From Bacteroidaceae bacterium (GTDB taxonomy: Bacteria > Bacteroidota > Bacteroidia > Bacteroidales > Bacteroidaceae), in contig CAAGLA010000034.1 in the NCBI GenBank assembly GCA_900770655.1, forward strand, positions 84,351 to 148,350: a stretch of 64,000 nt of DNA, given 5' to 3'. The notes under the pieces are model-generated. The model worked only from the letters and a program-made list of their open reading frames with translations. It searched no databases and was not told where the DNA came from. Numbering within the stretch: the stretch's first letter is position 1; the number at the start of each line of letters is the position of its first letter. The position numbers and the translations under genes are program-made. Of the stretch, positions 16,118-25,729 are shown one piece after another.

Positions 16118-19100
16118 TTAGAATCCAACACTTAGTCCTACTGAATATATTCTTGGTTGAATGCTGTAACCAAGTTCCGGGTCGTAACCTTTCCAGTCAT
16201 CGCTCGCAATAACAAAGAGATTGTTTACGTTTGCGCTAATCTGTATACGCGACATACCAAGTTTCTTGCATAAATTCTGCGGTATGCTGTACGACAGTGA
16301 GATTTGTGTACAGCGCAGGAACGAAGCGTCGGCTACGCGGACATCGGACTGTGACCACATAGAGTAGATGTTGTCATATAGCCCGTTGGGCAGGTTCAGG
16401 TTGTAAAGGTCCCTTATTGATGTGTAGAGAGCCGGAATGTTTGTCTTGGCCTCGTCGCCCGGCTGCTTCCAGCGGTTGTTGAGCTCCTTTGACAGGTTGC
16501 TGAATATGTCGGGCATCTTGCCGTATGTAAATGTAGAATACGGGTTCGGCAAACGCTTGTCTGCGCCTATCATCAGTGCAAAGTCTATTCCGAAATGGAA
16601 GTTTTTCCATCTCAGGCGTGTGTTTAGACCTCCACTGAAGTAGGGCTCACTCTGTCCCGAATATACAAGGAATGTCGTGGGGTCTACGCTTCCGTCACCG
16701 TCTACTGCATCATAGGTTGCATATTGGAATGTGGGGTATCCGTTCTTTCCGTCGAGCCCGGTGAACTTGTACGACCAGAATGCCGACAGCGGGTATCCGT
16801 TCTTTAGGGGGCGGCTGCTGTTGCCGTTAAGGAAGTCGGTGTGTGTTAGTTCATCGGCTTTAGCCGTGCGGTCGTCACTTTCGGAGCGGTTCCAGTTCTT
16901 GCCTGCATTGACACCGACTGTCCATACCCAATCTCTTGTGCGTACCGGCGTGAAGTTCAGGGTAACTTCAATACCGTTGTTGGTAATGAGACCGCCGTTG
17001 AGCGGCATTGTTTCCATTCCATATTCTTGTGGTATATCTTGCCTTATAATTGCGTTAGAACTGCGACGGTAGTACTCAAAGTTCATTGTTACTCCAAAGA
17101 GCGAGAGATCGGCTCCGAAATTCCAAGATTTTGTACGTTCCCATTTTAGCTGCTTGTTGGGTAGGCTCGATATTGTGAGGTAGTACTCGTTGTAGCTCTG
17201 GAGCAGGCCTTGGTACTTTACAATCATCTCTGGGCTAAGTGAATTTACCACGTTGCCTTGAATTCCGTATGTGGCACGCAGGTTCAGTTGGTCGAGCCAC
17301 GGCAGGTGCTCGGCAACGAACGGCTCTTGGGCTATCTTCCACGAAGCACCAAACGACCAAGTAGGGTCGAACTGTTTGTTTACATCCTGCCCGAATCTGT
17401 TCGATGCGTCGGAGCGTACATTGACGTTTACAACATATCTGTTCATAAGCGAGTATGCTACAACGGCATAGAACGACAGATAATTAGTAGTTGTAGAGGT
17501 CTTGCTCCAACCCCCGTTGTATAGTGCCGCAAGAGCTCCCCAGCCAATAGATACATCGCTGTCTATAGGCTTGAAGTTTTCGGGAAGTGTGGGTGAAACA
17601 AGTATAGAACCGCGTTCGGGTACATATCCCCACACTGTGTTGCCTTCACTTTCTCCCTTGCTTGAGCGTATCTCCATTCCCAACATTGCATTCAAACGGT
17701 GTATTCCGTTGAATTCCTTGCTGAACTGCAGCTTGTGCGATGTGCTGTAAGATACTGTCTGGGAATTTGCTTGGTTAAGCTTGCCGCCGTATGGCATCAA
17801 TGCTGCGTTGTATCTGTCGGAACCCGATTTCTCGCTGCCGAAGGCATATCCGCGGTAGAGCTGTTCTATCTGAGAAGTTCTCTCGCCTGCAAAACTTTCG
17901 CTCTTGTTTGTGTTGACAGCTACGCTTGCTGTGGCATTATAGCTGAGCCAGCTTAGAATCTTGTAGTTTATGTTCACCGATGCATTGAACATTGTACCCC
18001 TGTTCTTGGAGTAGCTGTTTTCCATTTCGTTGAATATGTTGAACGAATATTGGTTCTTGCCGCCAAGCACGGTGTTGTACTGGTAAGTATAATATTTAGA
18101 GTAGTATGCACGTTCGCCGTTCTCTTCGTATGCAGGAATGGCACGGCTTGTATTCATAGCGTATGTATATGGGTTGATTCCGGCTCCATAACCGTCGGAA
18201 TTCCTTATACTTCCGCTAAGTTGTGCATTAATCGTGAGACGTTCGTTTACATTGCTGTTTATGCTCAAACGTGTGGTAATCTGGTCGTTTTCGTTGCCTA
18301 TCTCGTATCCTTTGTTGTTTGAATAGCCTACCGATGCGTTGTATGTGTATTTGTCGGCTCCTCCCGACACGCTCAAATTATGGTTCTGGCTCACTGAATT
18401 GCGGGTAAGCAAATCGAACCAGTCGGTGTTTACGGTTTCAAGGCGTTGCAGGTAGCGTGAGAACTCATCTTCGGTAATCATTCGCTTGTTGAACATTGCC
18501 ATAAGTCCCTCGTATGTATATATCTGTGGCAATGGCTCGCTCTGGTAGCGCACACCGGCTTCGTATGCCTCTTTGCTGAACTGTATGCGTTCGAAAGAGT
18601 TCATAAAGTCGTACATATCGTATGTGGGGCGTTCCCTGACAGATATATTGGTGTTGTAGTTTACACTGATTCGCCCCGGAATACCCTTCTTGGTTGTAAT
18701 GACAATTACGCCGTTCGATGCCTTTGAACCATAGATTGCTGTTGCCGATGCGTCCTTAAGAACTGTAATGTTGTCAATATCCTGCGGGTTGAGCCAAGAT
18801 ATCTGATTGCCTATAAGTTCGCGCATATCGGATGTGATAGCCGAACTCATATCAATGGAAAGCGGGTCTTCCTGTATTACACCGTCTACAACCCATAGCG
18901 GGTCGGTGTTTCCAAGAATCGTAGATGTACCGCGTATTGTTATCTTGGGCGAAGAACCCACGCGCGCGCTCGTGTTCACAACGCTAAGTCCGGCGATTTT
19001 TCCTTGCAGCATCTGGTCTATGCTCTGGTATGCCGGCATCATAATATCGTCGGCCTTAACTGTGGTGAAGGCTCCTACCATATCCTTGCGCGGCAGGCGT

Positions 19101-19474
19101 GCATATCCGTCTTCGACAATTGTGACCTCCTGAAGCAGTGCCTCATCGGTTTCGAGTACAATGTTGAGCTCTTTACCGAATATTTCGGTCGACAGTGGAA
19201 TGCTTTTTGTCTTTGAGCCGACATAGCTTACCTCAATTCTCTCGTCACCGTTTTCAAGGAAAACCTCAACCCTGAATTCTCCGTTCATATTGGTGCTTGT
19301 ACCGCGTACGACATTGTCACCATTGTAGACAGCTACAGCTGCTGCCGGCAACGGCTCTCCTAAATCGTCGGTCACGGTTCCAATCACTGTGGTACCTGTC
19401 TGTGCGTGTGCTGTGGCAAAGGCAAACAGGCACATTGTAAAACAGATAACTTTAACAAACATCCGTGCTTTCAT
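16118..19474 (-). CDS. SusC/RagA-family TonB-dependent outer-membrane transporter
   Basis: Signal peptide MKARMFVKVICFTMCLFAFATAHAQ (ATG 19474). N-terminal carboxypeptidase-regulatory-like domain (VIGTVTDDLGEPLPAAAVAV...). Plug motifs (ITIRGTSTILGNTDPLWVVDGV) and the terminal beta-strand ...YSVGLSVGF are present. There is no STN/anti-sigma signalling extension. Confidence 0.92.
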   Translation of the reverse strand: MKARMFVKVICFTMCLFAFATAHAQTGTTVIGTVTDDLGEPLPAAAVAVYNGDNVVRGTSTNMNGEFRVEVFLENGDERIEVSYVGSKTKSIPLSTEIFGKELNIVLETDEALLQEVTIVEDGYARLPRKDMVGAFTTVKADDIMMPAYQSIDQMLQGKIAGLSVVNTSARVGSSPKITIRGTSTILGNTDPLWVVDGVIQEDPLSIDMSSAITSDMRELIGNQISWLNPQDIDNITVLKDASATAIYGSKASNGVIVITTKKGIPGRISVNYNTNISVRERPTYDMYDFMNSFERIQFSKEAYEAGVRYQSEPLPQIYTYEGLMAMFNKRMITEDEFSRYLQRLETVNTDWFDLLTRNSVSQNHNLSVSGGADKYTYNASVGYSNNKGYEIGNENDQITTRLSINSNVNERLTINAQLSGSIRNSDGYGAGINPYTYAMNTSRAIPAYEENGERAYYSKYYTYQYNTVLGGKNQYSFNIFNEMENSYSKNRGTMFNASVNINYKILSWLSYNATASVAVNTNKSESFAGERTSQIEQLYRGYAFGSEKSGSDRYNAALMPYGGKLNQANSQTVSYSTSHKLQFSKEFNGIHRLNAMLGMEIRSSKGESEGNTVWGYVPERGSILVSPTLPENFKPIDSDVSIGWGALAALYNGGWSKTSTTTNYLSFYAVVAYSLMNRYVVNVNVRSDASNRFGQDVNKQFDPTWSFGASWKIAQEPFVAEHLPWLDQLNLRATYGIQGNVVNSLSPEMIVKYQGLLQSYNEYYLTISSLPNKQLKWERTKSWNFGADLSLFGVTMNFEYYRRSSNAIIRQDIPQEYGMETMPLNGGLITNNGIEVTLNFTPVRTRDWVWTVGVNAGKNWNRSESDDRTAKADELTHTDFLNGNSSRPLKNGYPLSAFWSYKFTGLDGKNGYPTFQYATYDAVDGDGSVDPTTFLVYSGQSEPYFSGGLNTRLRWKNFHFGIDFALMIGADKRLPNPYSTFTYGKMPDIFSNLSKELNNRWKQPGDEAKTNIPALYTSIRDLYNLNLPNGLYDNIYSMWSQSDVRVADASFLRCTQISLSYSIPQNLCKKLGMSRIQISANVNNLFVIASDDWKGYDPELGYSIQPRIYSVGLSVGF

Positions 19475-19484
19475 ATTATTTGTG

Positions 19485-20690
19485 TTATTGTTCCATCTCA
19501 ACCTCTATTATGCAGGGGAAGGAGTAACGTATATCGTTTCTCGCATTAAGGCTGCTGTACAGGTTCGATATTGTTCTTTGTACTTTTCCCGAAAATATCT
19601 CTTCGCCTTTGTATCGTACTGTAACTTTTTGGTCGAGGTCGGCCATTTCGTCGTTTATGTAAATTCTAAGCCTTGAATAGCCGCACTCCTCAATGTCAAT
19701 GGTGTTGTTCTCTATTTTAGCTCTCACGGTTTTTCCTTGCAACAGTTCCTCGCGTGGTGCCGACAGCCAGTAGAAATGTTCGCGCACAACCCGCTCCTGT
19801 CGCCATACAATGCTTGTGGGGTAGGGTTCTCTTCTGTATTGTGCCATCCAACTGAGTGCATCGGCATCGACACCGTCCATCCAGTGCCCTTTGCCCTCGA
19901 TTATATTGGTCTGGTGAATGTAGCGCCCGGGGTTGGCGTTGGCAAGTGAGTCCATTATTTCGCCTTTCTCCCTTGCAAGGATGTTGCGGTTGTAGAAGTG
20001 GTCGTTCTCGCCCATCCAAATCATATACGGCAGGTTCAGCAGGTTTACCTGTGATGCTTCTCCCGGGTGCCCGGCCATCATCGATGCCGCAGCCCATTTG
20101 TCGGCCATTCGAGGCGCAAGTCTCCAAACTCCGTCTCCTCCGGCCGAATATCCTAAAAGGTACACTTTGTCGGGGTTTACCCCTTCAAAGACAATGCAAG
20201 CCTGAATTAGCTTTTCCAATAGTTCGTCGAGCCCCTCCTTGTGCCATAAATCGGATGTGTTCCACGGTGCACGCGGAGCAACGTAGACTCCTTCAAACGG
20301 CTGGTACAGGTATATCTGGTTCATCCACTGCTCGTCGTTTACCTCTTTCGGGCACTCGCCACCACCGTGCATTGAAATATAGAGGCTGCGTCCGTCGTCA
20401 GGCAATGGACCGAATGTGCGGCAGGCACAGGCCAGCTTCAGAGTGTCGTTGGTGAGAACAAGTCGTTGCCACTCTCCGGCAAGTCTTTCGGCTGTTTTTT
20501 CAAACCAAAGAGAATCAACAATCCGGGCTGCTTCTTCGCACTCCTCTTTGCTGAGTCCTCTATTGGCGAAATCCTGCTCGGCGATAGTGCCCGAAGGGCT
20601 TGAAATCCAATTCTTGAAATCTCCGACCTGTGTAGAAGCACAAGCCGAAAAGAGGAGAAGCATAGAAATTGCAATAAAAATGTTTTTCAT
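19485..20690 (-). CDS. Alpha/beta-hydrolase-fold lipoprotein (HSL/family-IV-like esterase or peptidase)
   Basis: Lipobox LLFSAC|A. HGGG oxyanion-hole motif (YISMHGGGE) and a nucleophile elbow G-Y-S-A-G-G (LLGYSAGGDG). 401 aa. Its stop lies 10 nt upstream of the SusC-like start. Confidence 0.7.
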   Translation of the reverse strand: MKNIFIAISMLLLFSACASTQVGDFKNWISSPSGTIAEQDFANRGLSKEECEEAARIVDSLWFEKTAERLAGEWQRLVLTNDTLKLACACRTFGPLPDDGRSLYISMHGGGECPKEVNDEQWMNQIYLYQPFEGVYVAPRAPWNTSDLWHKEGLDELLEKLIQACIVFEGVNPDKVYLLGYSAGGDGVWRLAPRMADKWAAASMMAGHPGEASQVNLLNLPYMIWMGENDHFYNRNILAREKGEIMDSLANANPGRYIHQTNIIEGKGHWMDGVDADALSWMAQYRREPYPTSIVWRQERVVREHFYWLSAPREELLQGKTVRAKIENNTIDIEECGYSRLRIYINDEMADLDQKVTVRYKGEEIFSGKVQRTISNLYSSLNARNDIRYSFPCIIEVEMEQ

Positions 20691-20708
20691 AGTATCTGTT
20701 ATCAGACG

Positions 20709-22061
20709 TCAAACCATAATTTGGCTCAAAGCCATTGATATTATCATATAAAAAGTCATACCGCTGAGGTCGTTGATAATCTGTATAAATGGCCCTGTTG
20801 CAACAGCGGGGTTAATGTTCATTCTCTCGAGAACCATAGGTATAAGCGTTCCGAACCCCGATGCGAACAGTACTACAACAAAAAGGCTTATAGGCACGGC
20901 AAGGGTTACAATGTCGAATGCGTCGTACACAACAAAATTGTAGACATACACCATAAGCGACAGTATGGTGGCGTTTATTATGGCGACAACCATCTCTTTG
21001 AGTATATGCCTGAAGATGTGGCTCGAATCGAGCGAATTGTTGGCCAAGCCTTGCACGGCAATGGCCGACGATTGTGTTCCTACATTACCTCCCATACCTG
21101 CAAGAAGCGGAATGAAAAGGGCCATTTCGGGGTGGTTGCCAAGTGTGTTCGTAAAGCAGTTGAGCAGTATCGAAGAACCTATTCCGCCCAACATTCCAAT
21201 GATTAGCCACGGCAACCGTGCTCTTGTCTGCAGGAATACACTGTCACCTGTTTCTACGTCTTGGGTAAGACCGGCGGTGAGTTGCTGGTCGTGCTCTGTC
21301 TGTTCACGAACCTCGTCCATAACGTCGTCGACGGTGATTTGCCCCACAAGACGGTTTATCTTGTCTACAACGGGTATTGCCACAAGGTTGTACTTTTCAA
21401 TGAGCATTGTTACCTCGTCAATAGGGGTGTCTACATCTACGCTCACAACTTCGGTGCTCATAACGTGCTTTACCTTAGACACCGAAGGGCTGGTTATCAT
21501 CTTTTTCAGCGGGAAGAGACCAAGCAGGCGCTCGTCGTCGTCGACAACGTAAATGTAGTATATGTCGTCGAGCTCTTCGGCTTGTTGTCGCATCTCCTTA
21601 AGACACTCGGGCATACTCCAGTTCTCGTTTACAACTACCATTTCGGTACTCATCAGACCGCCGGCAGTGTCTTCGTCGTATTGAAGAAGGTCAACAATGT
21701 CACCGGCCTGTTCAATATCCTTGATGTGCAGAAGAACCTCTTCCTGCTTCTCTTCGTCCATATCACGGATAATCTCGACGGCATCGTCGGTATCCATATA
21801 GTTGACGAATCTCTTTGCAATGGCTTCGGAGGGCAATTCCTCGAGAAGGTCGTTACGCAGGTCCTCGTCCATCTCGGTAAGGGCGTCAGCAGCCTTTTCG
21901 TTGTCGAGCTGGCGGTAGAGGAAACGGGCCTCTTCGAGTTCTAGCTCTGCGCAAATCTCGGCAATGTCGGCAGGGTGCATCTTTGATATGTGCTCCTGCA
22001 ACAGAACCGAATCTTTCTGCTCAATAAGCTCCTTTATGTAGTTTATAAACTCTTTTGTCAT
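20709..22061 (-). CDS. mgtE: Magnesium transporter MgtE
   Basis: N-terminal MgtE-N domain, a CBS pair and a C-terminal 5-TM domain with PLLAGMGGNVGTQSS. 450 aa. Confidence 0.92.
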   Translation of the reverse strand: MTKEFINYIKELIEQKDSVLLQEHISKMHPADIAEICAELELEEARFLYRQLDNEKAADALTEMDEDLRNDLLEELPSEAIAKRFVNYMDTDDAVEIIRDMDEEKQEEVLLHIKDIEQAGDIVDLLQYDEDTAGGLMSTEMVVVNENWSMPECLKEMRQQAEELDDIYYIYVVDDDERLLGLFPLKKMITSPSVSKVKHVMSTEVVSVDVDTPIDEVTMLIEKYNLVAIPVVDKINRLVGQITVDDVMDEVREQTEHDQQLTAGLTQDVETGDSVFLQTRARLPWLIIGMLGGIGSSILLNCFTNTLGNHPEMALFIPLLAGMGGNVGTQSSAIAVQGLANNSLDSSHIFRHILKEMVVAIINATILSLMVYVYNFVVYDAFDIVTLAVPISLFVVVLFASGFGTLIPMVLERMNINPAVATGPFIQIINDLSGMTFYMIISMALSQIMV

Positions 22062-22075
22062 TGTTCTTGCTGTAA

Positions 22076-22867
22076 TTATTCCAGTTCTTTTTCAACTCTC
22101 TTTGTCAAATCTATGAAATCCTCTATCGACAGCTGTTCGGGGCGTTTGTCCAGTATGGGGTCGCTGAGCAGCGTGGAGTTCTTTCCAACAATCTGCTGTA
22201 TTGAATTCCTCAGCTTCTTGCGCCTCTGGTTGAATGTTCCCTTTACAATCTTCTTGAACAGGCTTTCGTCACACTCCAGCTCTTTGCGCTTGTTGCGCTT
22301 CATACGGACTACTGCGCTTTTTACCTTTGGTGGTGGCGAGAATACGTTTTCGTCTACCGTGAACAGGTACTCTACGTCGTACCATAGTTGAATGAGTATG
22401 CTCAATATTCCGTATGCCTTTGAACCCGGGGCGGCAGCAAGTCTTTCGCCAACCTCTTTCTGTATCATTCCGCTGCAAAAGGGAATGTACTCCTTGTAGT
22501 CGAGCATTTTGAAGAATATCTGGCTCGATATGTTGTATGGGTAGTTGCCTATGAGCATAAATTGTTCCCCGTTGAAAACCCTGTCCAAATGCATCTTCAG
22601 GAAGTCGTCGGGGATGATGTTCTCTTCTTGCAGTGCAGTGAGGTTGTGGCGCAGGTATGCCACCGATTCTTCGTCAATCTCTACAACTTTGAGTTCCCTC
22701 TGCTTTTCGAGCAGGAATTGTGTCAGCACTCCCATTCCCGGGCCAACCTCGAGTACCGGCGTGCCGGGGCATATATCAACTGTGTCGGCAATGTCGCGTG
22801 CTATGGTGAGGTCAATAAGAAAGTGTTGCCCTAATCTCTTTTTTGCCGTTACTGTTTTCATTGCCAT
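22076..22867 (-). CDS. rsmA: 16S rRNA (adenine1518/1519-N6)-dimethyltransferase RsmA/KsgA
   Basis: KKRLGQHFLIDLTIARDI and the SAM-binding motif VLEVGPGMGVLT. 263 aa. Confidence 0.92.
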   Translation of the reverse strand: MAMKTVTAKKRLGQHFLIDLTIARDIADTVDICPGTPVLEVGPGMGVLTQFLLEKQRELKVVEIDEESVAYLRHNLTALQEENIIPDDFLKMHLDRVFNGEQFMLIGNYPYNISSQIFFKMLDYKEYIPFCSGMIQKEVGERLAAAPGSKAYGILSILIQLWYDVEYLFTVDENVFSPPPKVKSAVVRMKRNKRKELECDESLFKKIVKGTFNQRRKKLRNSIQQIVGKNSTLLSDPILDKRPEQLSIEDFIDLTKRVEKELE

Positions 22868-23055
22868 AAATTTTCTAAAAAAAACAAAGAATCATCAATA
22901 TATTATTATCTTTGCACTATCCATCTGTAGTAGCAGGCGCGTGCCAAAAATGTTTACAAAATGCAAAATCAACAGTTTTGCCCGTGTGTGGCCATTCCGG
23001 TATGTCCTTAATGTTGCAAAGGTAACCAAAACAATTAAAAATAGTTCTATAAGTT

Positions 23056-24027
23056 GTGAAAAAGTTTTTAAATAAAATATTAAAAACAGCGTTGCCCGTT
23101 CTTCTGGGTCTGCTCATCCTGTATATGATATACGATGACTTTGATTTTTCGCGGCTATGGTCCGATTTCCAGAATATGAATCTGTTTTGGTTTCTTTTGT
23201 CAACATTCTTCGGAATTATGAGCCACGTTATAAGAGGCTGGCGATGGAAACTTTCTTTGGCTCCATTGGGCTACAATCCCAATACTTCTGTCAGTGTCTA
23301 TGCAATATTCATAGCCTATGCTGCAAACCTTGTAATACCCCGTGTAGGCGAGGTCTCACGCTGTGTCGTGCTTGAACGTAACAGCTCTGTCCCTTTTGCA
23401 CAGTCGTTGGGAACGGTTGTTTCGGAACGCCTGCTCGACACTGTTATGGTTGTGCTCATAACACTTGCTGCAGTAGCCTTGCAATGGCCTGTTTTTGTAA
23501 AGTTTGTTACAAGTGCCGGAATAGCTTCTCCCGCCGGCGGTTATTCGGTAAGCACTTGGGCGGTGGTGTTGCTTTCAGCTGTTGCTTTTGTGGTCTTGCT
23601 CTGTTTGCTGCTGAAAAAAATGGCTTTTTGGAAAAAAATACGCTCTTTCATTGCCAAATTCGTCGAAGGTTTGTTATCTTTGACAAAGATGAAGAATGTG
23701 TGGCTGTTCGTGCTCGAAACTGTGGGTATATGGTTCTGTTATTTTATGCAGTTCTACCTGTGTTTCTTCTGTTTTGAGTTTACGGGTGGGCTGTCGATAG
23801 CGGCCGGGCTCTTGCTTTTTGTCGCAGGAAGTATAGCAGTTGTTGTGCCAACTCCCAACGGCGCGGGGCCGTGGCATTTCGCCATAATAAGCATTATGAT
23901 GCTATACGGCGTGTCGTCGGCCGATTCCGAAGCTTTTGCCCTTATAGTACACAGTACACAGACTTTGCTTGTGGCAATACTTGGCATTTATGCGCTTTTT
24001 ATGTTGCAATTCAAAAAAAACACTTAA
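23056..24027 (+). CDS. Flippase-like / lysylphosphatidylglycerol-synthase-TM-region (UPF0104) family membrane protein
   Basis: ~8 TM helices with the family-typical HVIRGWRWKLSL motif after TM2. GTG start gives a lysine-rich N-terminus (KKFLNKILK). 323 aa. Confidence 0.7.
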   Translation: MKKFLNKILKTALPVLLGLLILYMIYDDFDFSRLWSDFQNMNLFWFLLSTFFGIMSHVIRGWRWKLSLAPLGYNPNTSVSVYAIFIAYAANLVIPRVGEVSRCVVLERNSSVPFAQSLGTVVSERLLDTVMVVLITLAAVALQWPVFVKFVTSAGIASPAGGYSVSTWAVVLLSAVAFVVLLCLLLKKMAFWKKIRSFIAKFVEGLLSLTKMKNVWLFVLETVGIWFCYFMQFYLCFFCFEFTGGLSIAAGLLLFVAGSIAVVVPTPNGAGPWHFAIISIMMLYGVSSADSEAFALIVHSTQTLLVAILGIYALFMLQFKKNT

Positions 24028-24033
24028 AAATAA

Positions 24034-25494
24034 ATGATTATGGCTTTGACAATTAAAGATCTTGAACCTCGTGCAGTGTGGAAACATTTCGAGGCATTGA
24101 CACAGGTGCCACGCCCATCGGGCCACCTTGAAAAAATACAGAAATTCCTGCTCGATTTCGGTAAAAGTATAAACGTTCCCACTTGGCAGGACGAAGCGGG
24201 CAACATCATAATGCGCAAGCCTGCAACTCCGGGCTTGGAAGGCCGAAAGGGTATAATCCTTCAGGCACATATGGATATGGTTCCCCAAAAGACCCCTGAA
24301 AGCAAGCACGACTTTGTAAACGACCCCATTCAAACAGTTGTAAAGGGCGAATGGCTCTATGCCTGCGACACAACTCTTGGTGCCGACAATGGTTTGGGAG
24401 TTGCTGCAATTATGGCAATTATGGAAGACGAAAGCCTGCAGCACGGTCCTCTGGAGGCTCTGATTACAGCCGACGAGGAGACCGGTATGTACGGTGCTTT
24501 TGGCCTTAAGGGCGGCGAACTCGAAGGCGAGCTGCTGCTTAACCTCGATTCCGAAGAGGAGGGTGTTATGTACATTGGATGTGCCGGCGGTCTTGACATT
24601 TCGGCTTCTATGGAGTTTATGGAAGAGGAGAGCGACGACGATGCCGCTGTCAGAGTTCAGTTGAAGGGGTTGCGTGGCGGCCATTCAGGTCTTGAAATTA
24701 ATGCCGGCCGTGGAAATGCCAACAAACTGATGGCGCGTTTCGTGCGTGAGGCTATGGACGAGTGCGGTGTTGTTCTTGCAAGCTGGAACGGTGGCAATAT
24801 GCGTAATGCAATACCCGCAAGCTGCGAGGTTGTGCTCACATTGCCCGCCGAAGGCGTAGAGGAACTAAAAGGGATAGCAGCTAAATACGAAGCCCTTTAT
24901 AACAGCGAGTATGCTACAATAGAAGAGGGTATAACTTTGAACGTTGAGGCTTGTGATGTTCCCGAGACTGTTGTTCCCGAAGAGATTCAGGAGAACCTTG
25001 TAGATGTAATACTCGCCTGCCACGACGGAGTGTTGCGTTTCATCCCGACAATCCCCGACACTGTTGAGACATCGAGCAACCTGTCTATAGTTAAAATAGG
25101 TGACGGAAAGGCCGAAATAAATATCCTTGCCCGCAGTTCTTGCGATACAATGAAGGAGTTCCTTGCATTGCAGTTGTCGAGTTGCTTTGCTATGGCCGGT
25201 ATGAAGGTGGAACTGAGCGGCGGTTACAGCGGCTGGCAGCCGAATGTGAACTCGCCTCTGCTTGGCGCTTTGAAGAAGGCATACAGCGATATGTTCGGTA
25301 CTCAGCCCGATGTCCGTGTTATTCACGCCGGTCTTGAGTGCGGTATAATATCGACAAACTATCCCGGAATGGATATGGTATCGTTCGGCCCGACACTTAT
25401 GTCGCCTCACTCACCCACAGAGCGTGTAGAGATTGCTACAGTAGAGAAGTTCTATTCTCTTGTTAAGGCACTGGTTGTTAATGGGGTGCTTTAA
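24034..25494 (+). CDS. pepD: Aminoacyl-histidine dipeptidase PepD (M20C family)
   Basis: N-terminus LEPRAVWKHFEALTQVPRPSGHLEKI, then metal-ligand regions LQAHMDMV and ITADEETGMYGA. 486 aa. Confidence 0.9.
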   Translation: MIMALTIKDLEPRAVWKHFEALTQVPRPSGHLEKIQKFLLDFGKSINVPTWQDEAGNIIMRKPATPGLEGRKGIILQAHMDMVPQKTPESKHDFVNDPIQTVVKGEWLYACDTTLGADNGLGVAAIMAIMEDESLQHGPLEALITADEETGMYGAFGLKGGELEGELLLNLDSEEEGVMYIGCAGGLDISASMEFMEEESDDDAAVRVQLKGLRGGHSGLEINAGRGNANKLMARFVREAMDECGVVLASWNGGNMRNAIPASCEVVLTLPAEGVEELKGIAAKYEALYNSEYATIEEGITLNVEACDVPETVVPEEIQENLVDVILACHDGVLRFIPTIPDTVETSSNLSIVKIGDGKAEINILARSSCDTMKEFLALQLSSCFAMAGMKVELSGGYSGWQPNVNSPLLGALKKAYSDMFGTQPDVRVIHAGLECGIISTNYPGMDMVSFGPTLMSPHSPTERVEIATVEKFYSLVKALVVNGVL

Positions 25495-25549
25495 TGGGTG
25501 ACTGTGCTTGAAAATGCGGCGTTGCCGTATTTGGTTATAACATAAGAAG

Positions 25550-25589
25550 TTGCAAAATCACAAGTCGCACGCGACTTGTGATTTTGCAA
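25550..25589 (+). terminator. Rho-independent terminator downstream of pepD
   Basis: TTGCAAAATCACAAGTCGC-ac-GCGACTTGTGATTTTGCAA (19-nt perfect arms) followed by TTATTTTTG. Confidence 0.75.
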
Positions 25590-25649
25590 TTATTTTTGTC
25601 TGTTTATTAAAAAAATGTTGAAAAAATATTGTTTTATATAAAAAAATGA

Positions 25650-25657
25650 TAATTTTG
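25650..25657 (+). promoter_or_regulatory. Candidate -7 promoter box (TAATTTTG) upstream of the DUF3332-like gene
   Basis: Exact TAnnTTTG match in an AT-rich region, 73 nt upstream of ATG 25730. Confidence 0.4.
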
Positions 25658-25729
25658 CATTGTCGCGGTCGATATCTGTATATCATACGGCCGGGCAAGA
25701 ACTTTATTAACCTAAATAAAAGTATTACT

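Noticed and set aside
11775-19501. N-terminal extensions in the ORF track (TTG 11810, TTG 14549, GTG 16131, 19501) for the cargo, lipoprotein, SusD-like and SusC-like genes
   Set aside because: In each case an internal ATG lies a few codons downstream and gives a canonical signal peptide or lipobox. The extension would overlap the upstream gene or a promoter box, so I used the shorter coordinates.
19856-21944. + strand ORFs of 195-227 aa (19856-20455, 20965-21552, 21261-21944) opposite the hydrolase and mgtE genes
   Set aside because: They are antisense shadows. The minus-strand genes have clear family motifs and operon-like packing.
22932-22946. Sigma-54-like motif TGGCACGCGCCTGCT on the minus strand, ~65 nt upstream of rsmA
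   Set aside because: The -24 half (TGGCAC) is perfect, but the -12 element reads TGCT with the GC dinucleotide one position too close (consensus TGGCAC-N5-TTGC). A housekeeping rRNA methyltransferase is also an unlikely sigma-54 target. A PWM scan could still be worthwhile.
23902-24684. 260-aa minus-strand ORF antisense to pepD
   Set aside because: Same reasoning. pepD on the + strand is strongly supported, and the antisense product has no motif, signal or sensible start context.
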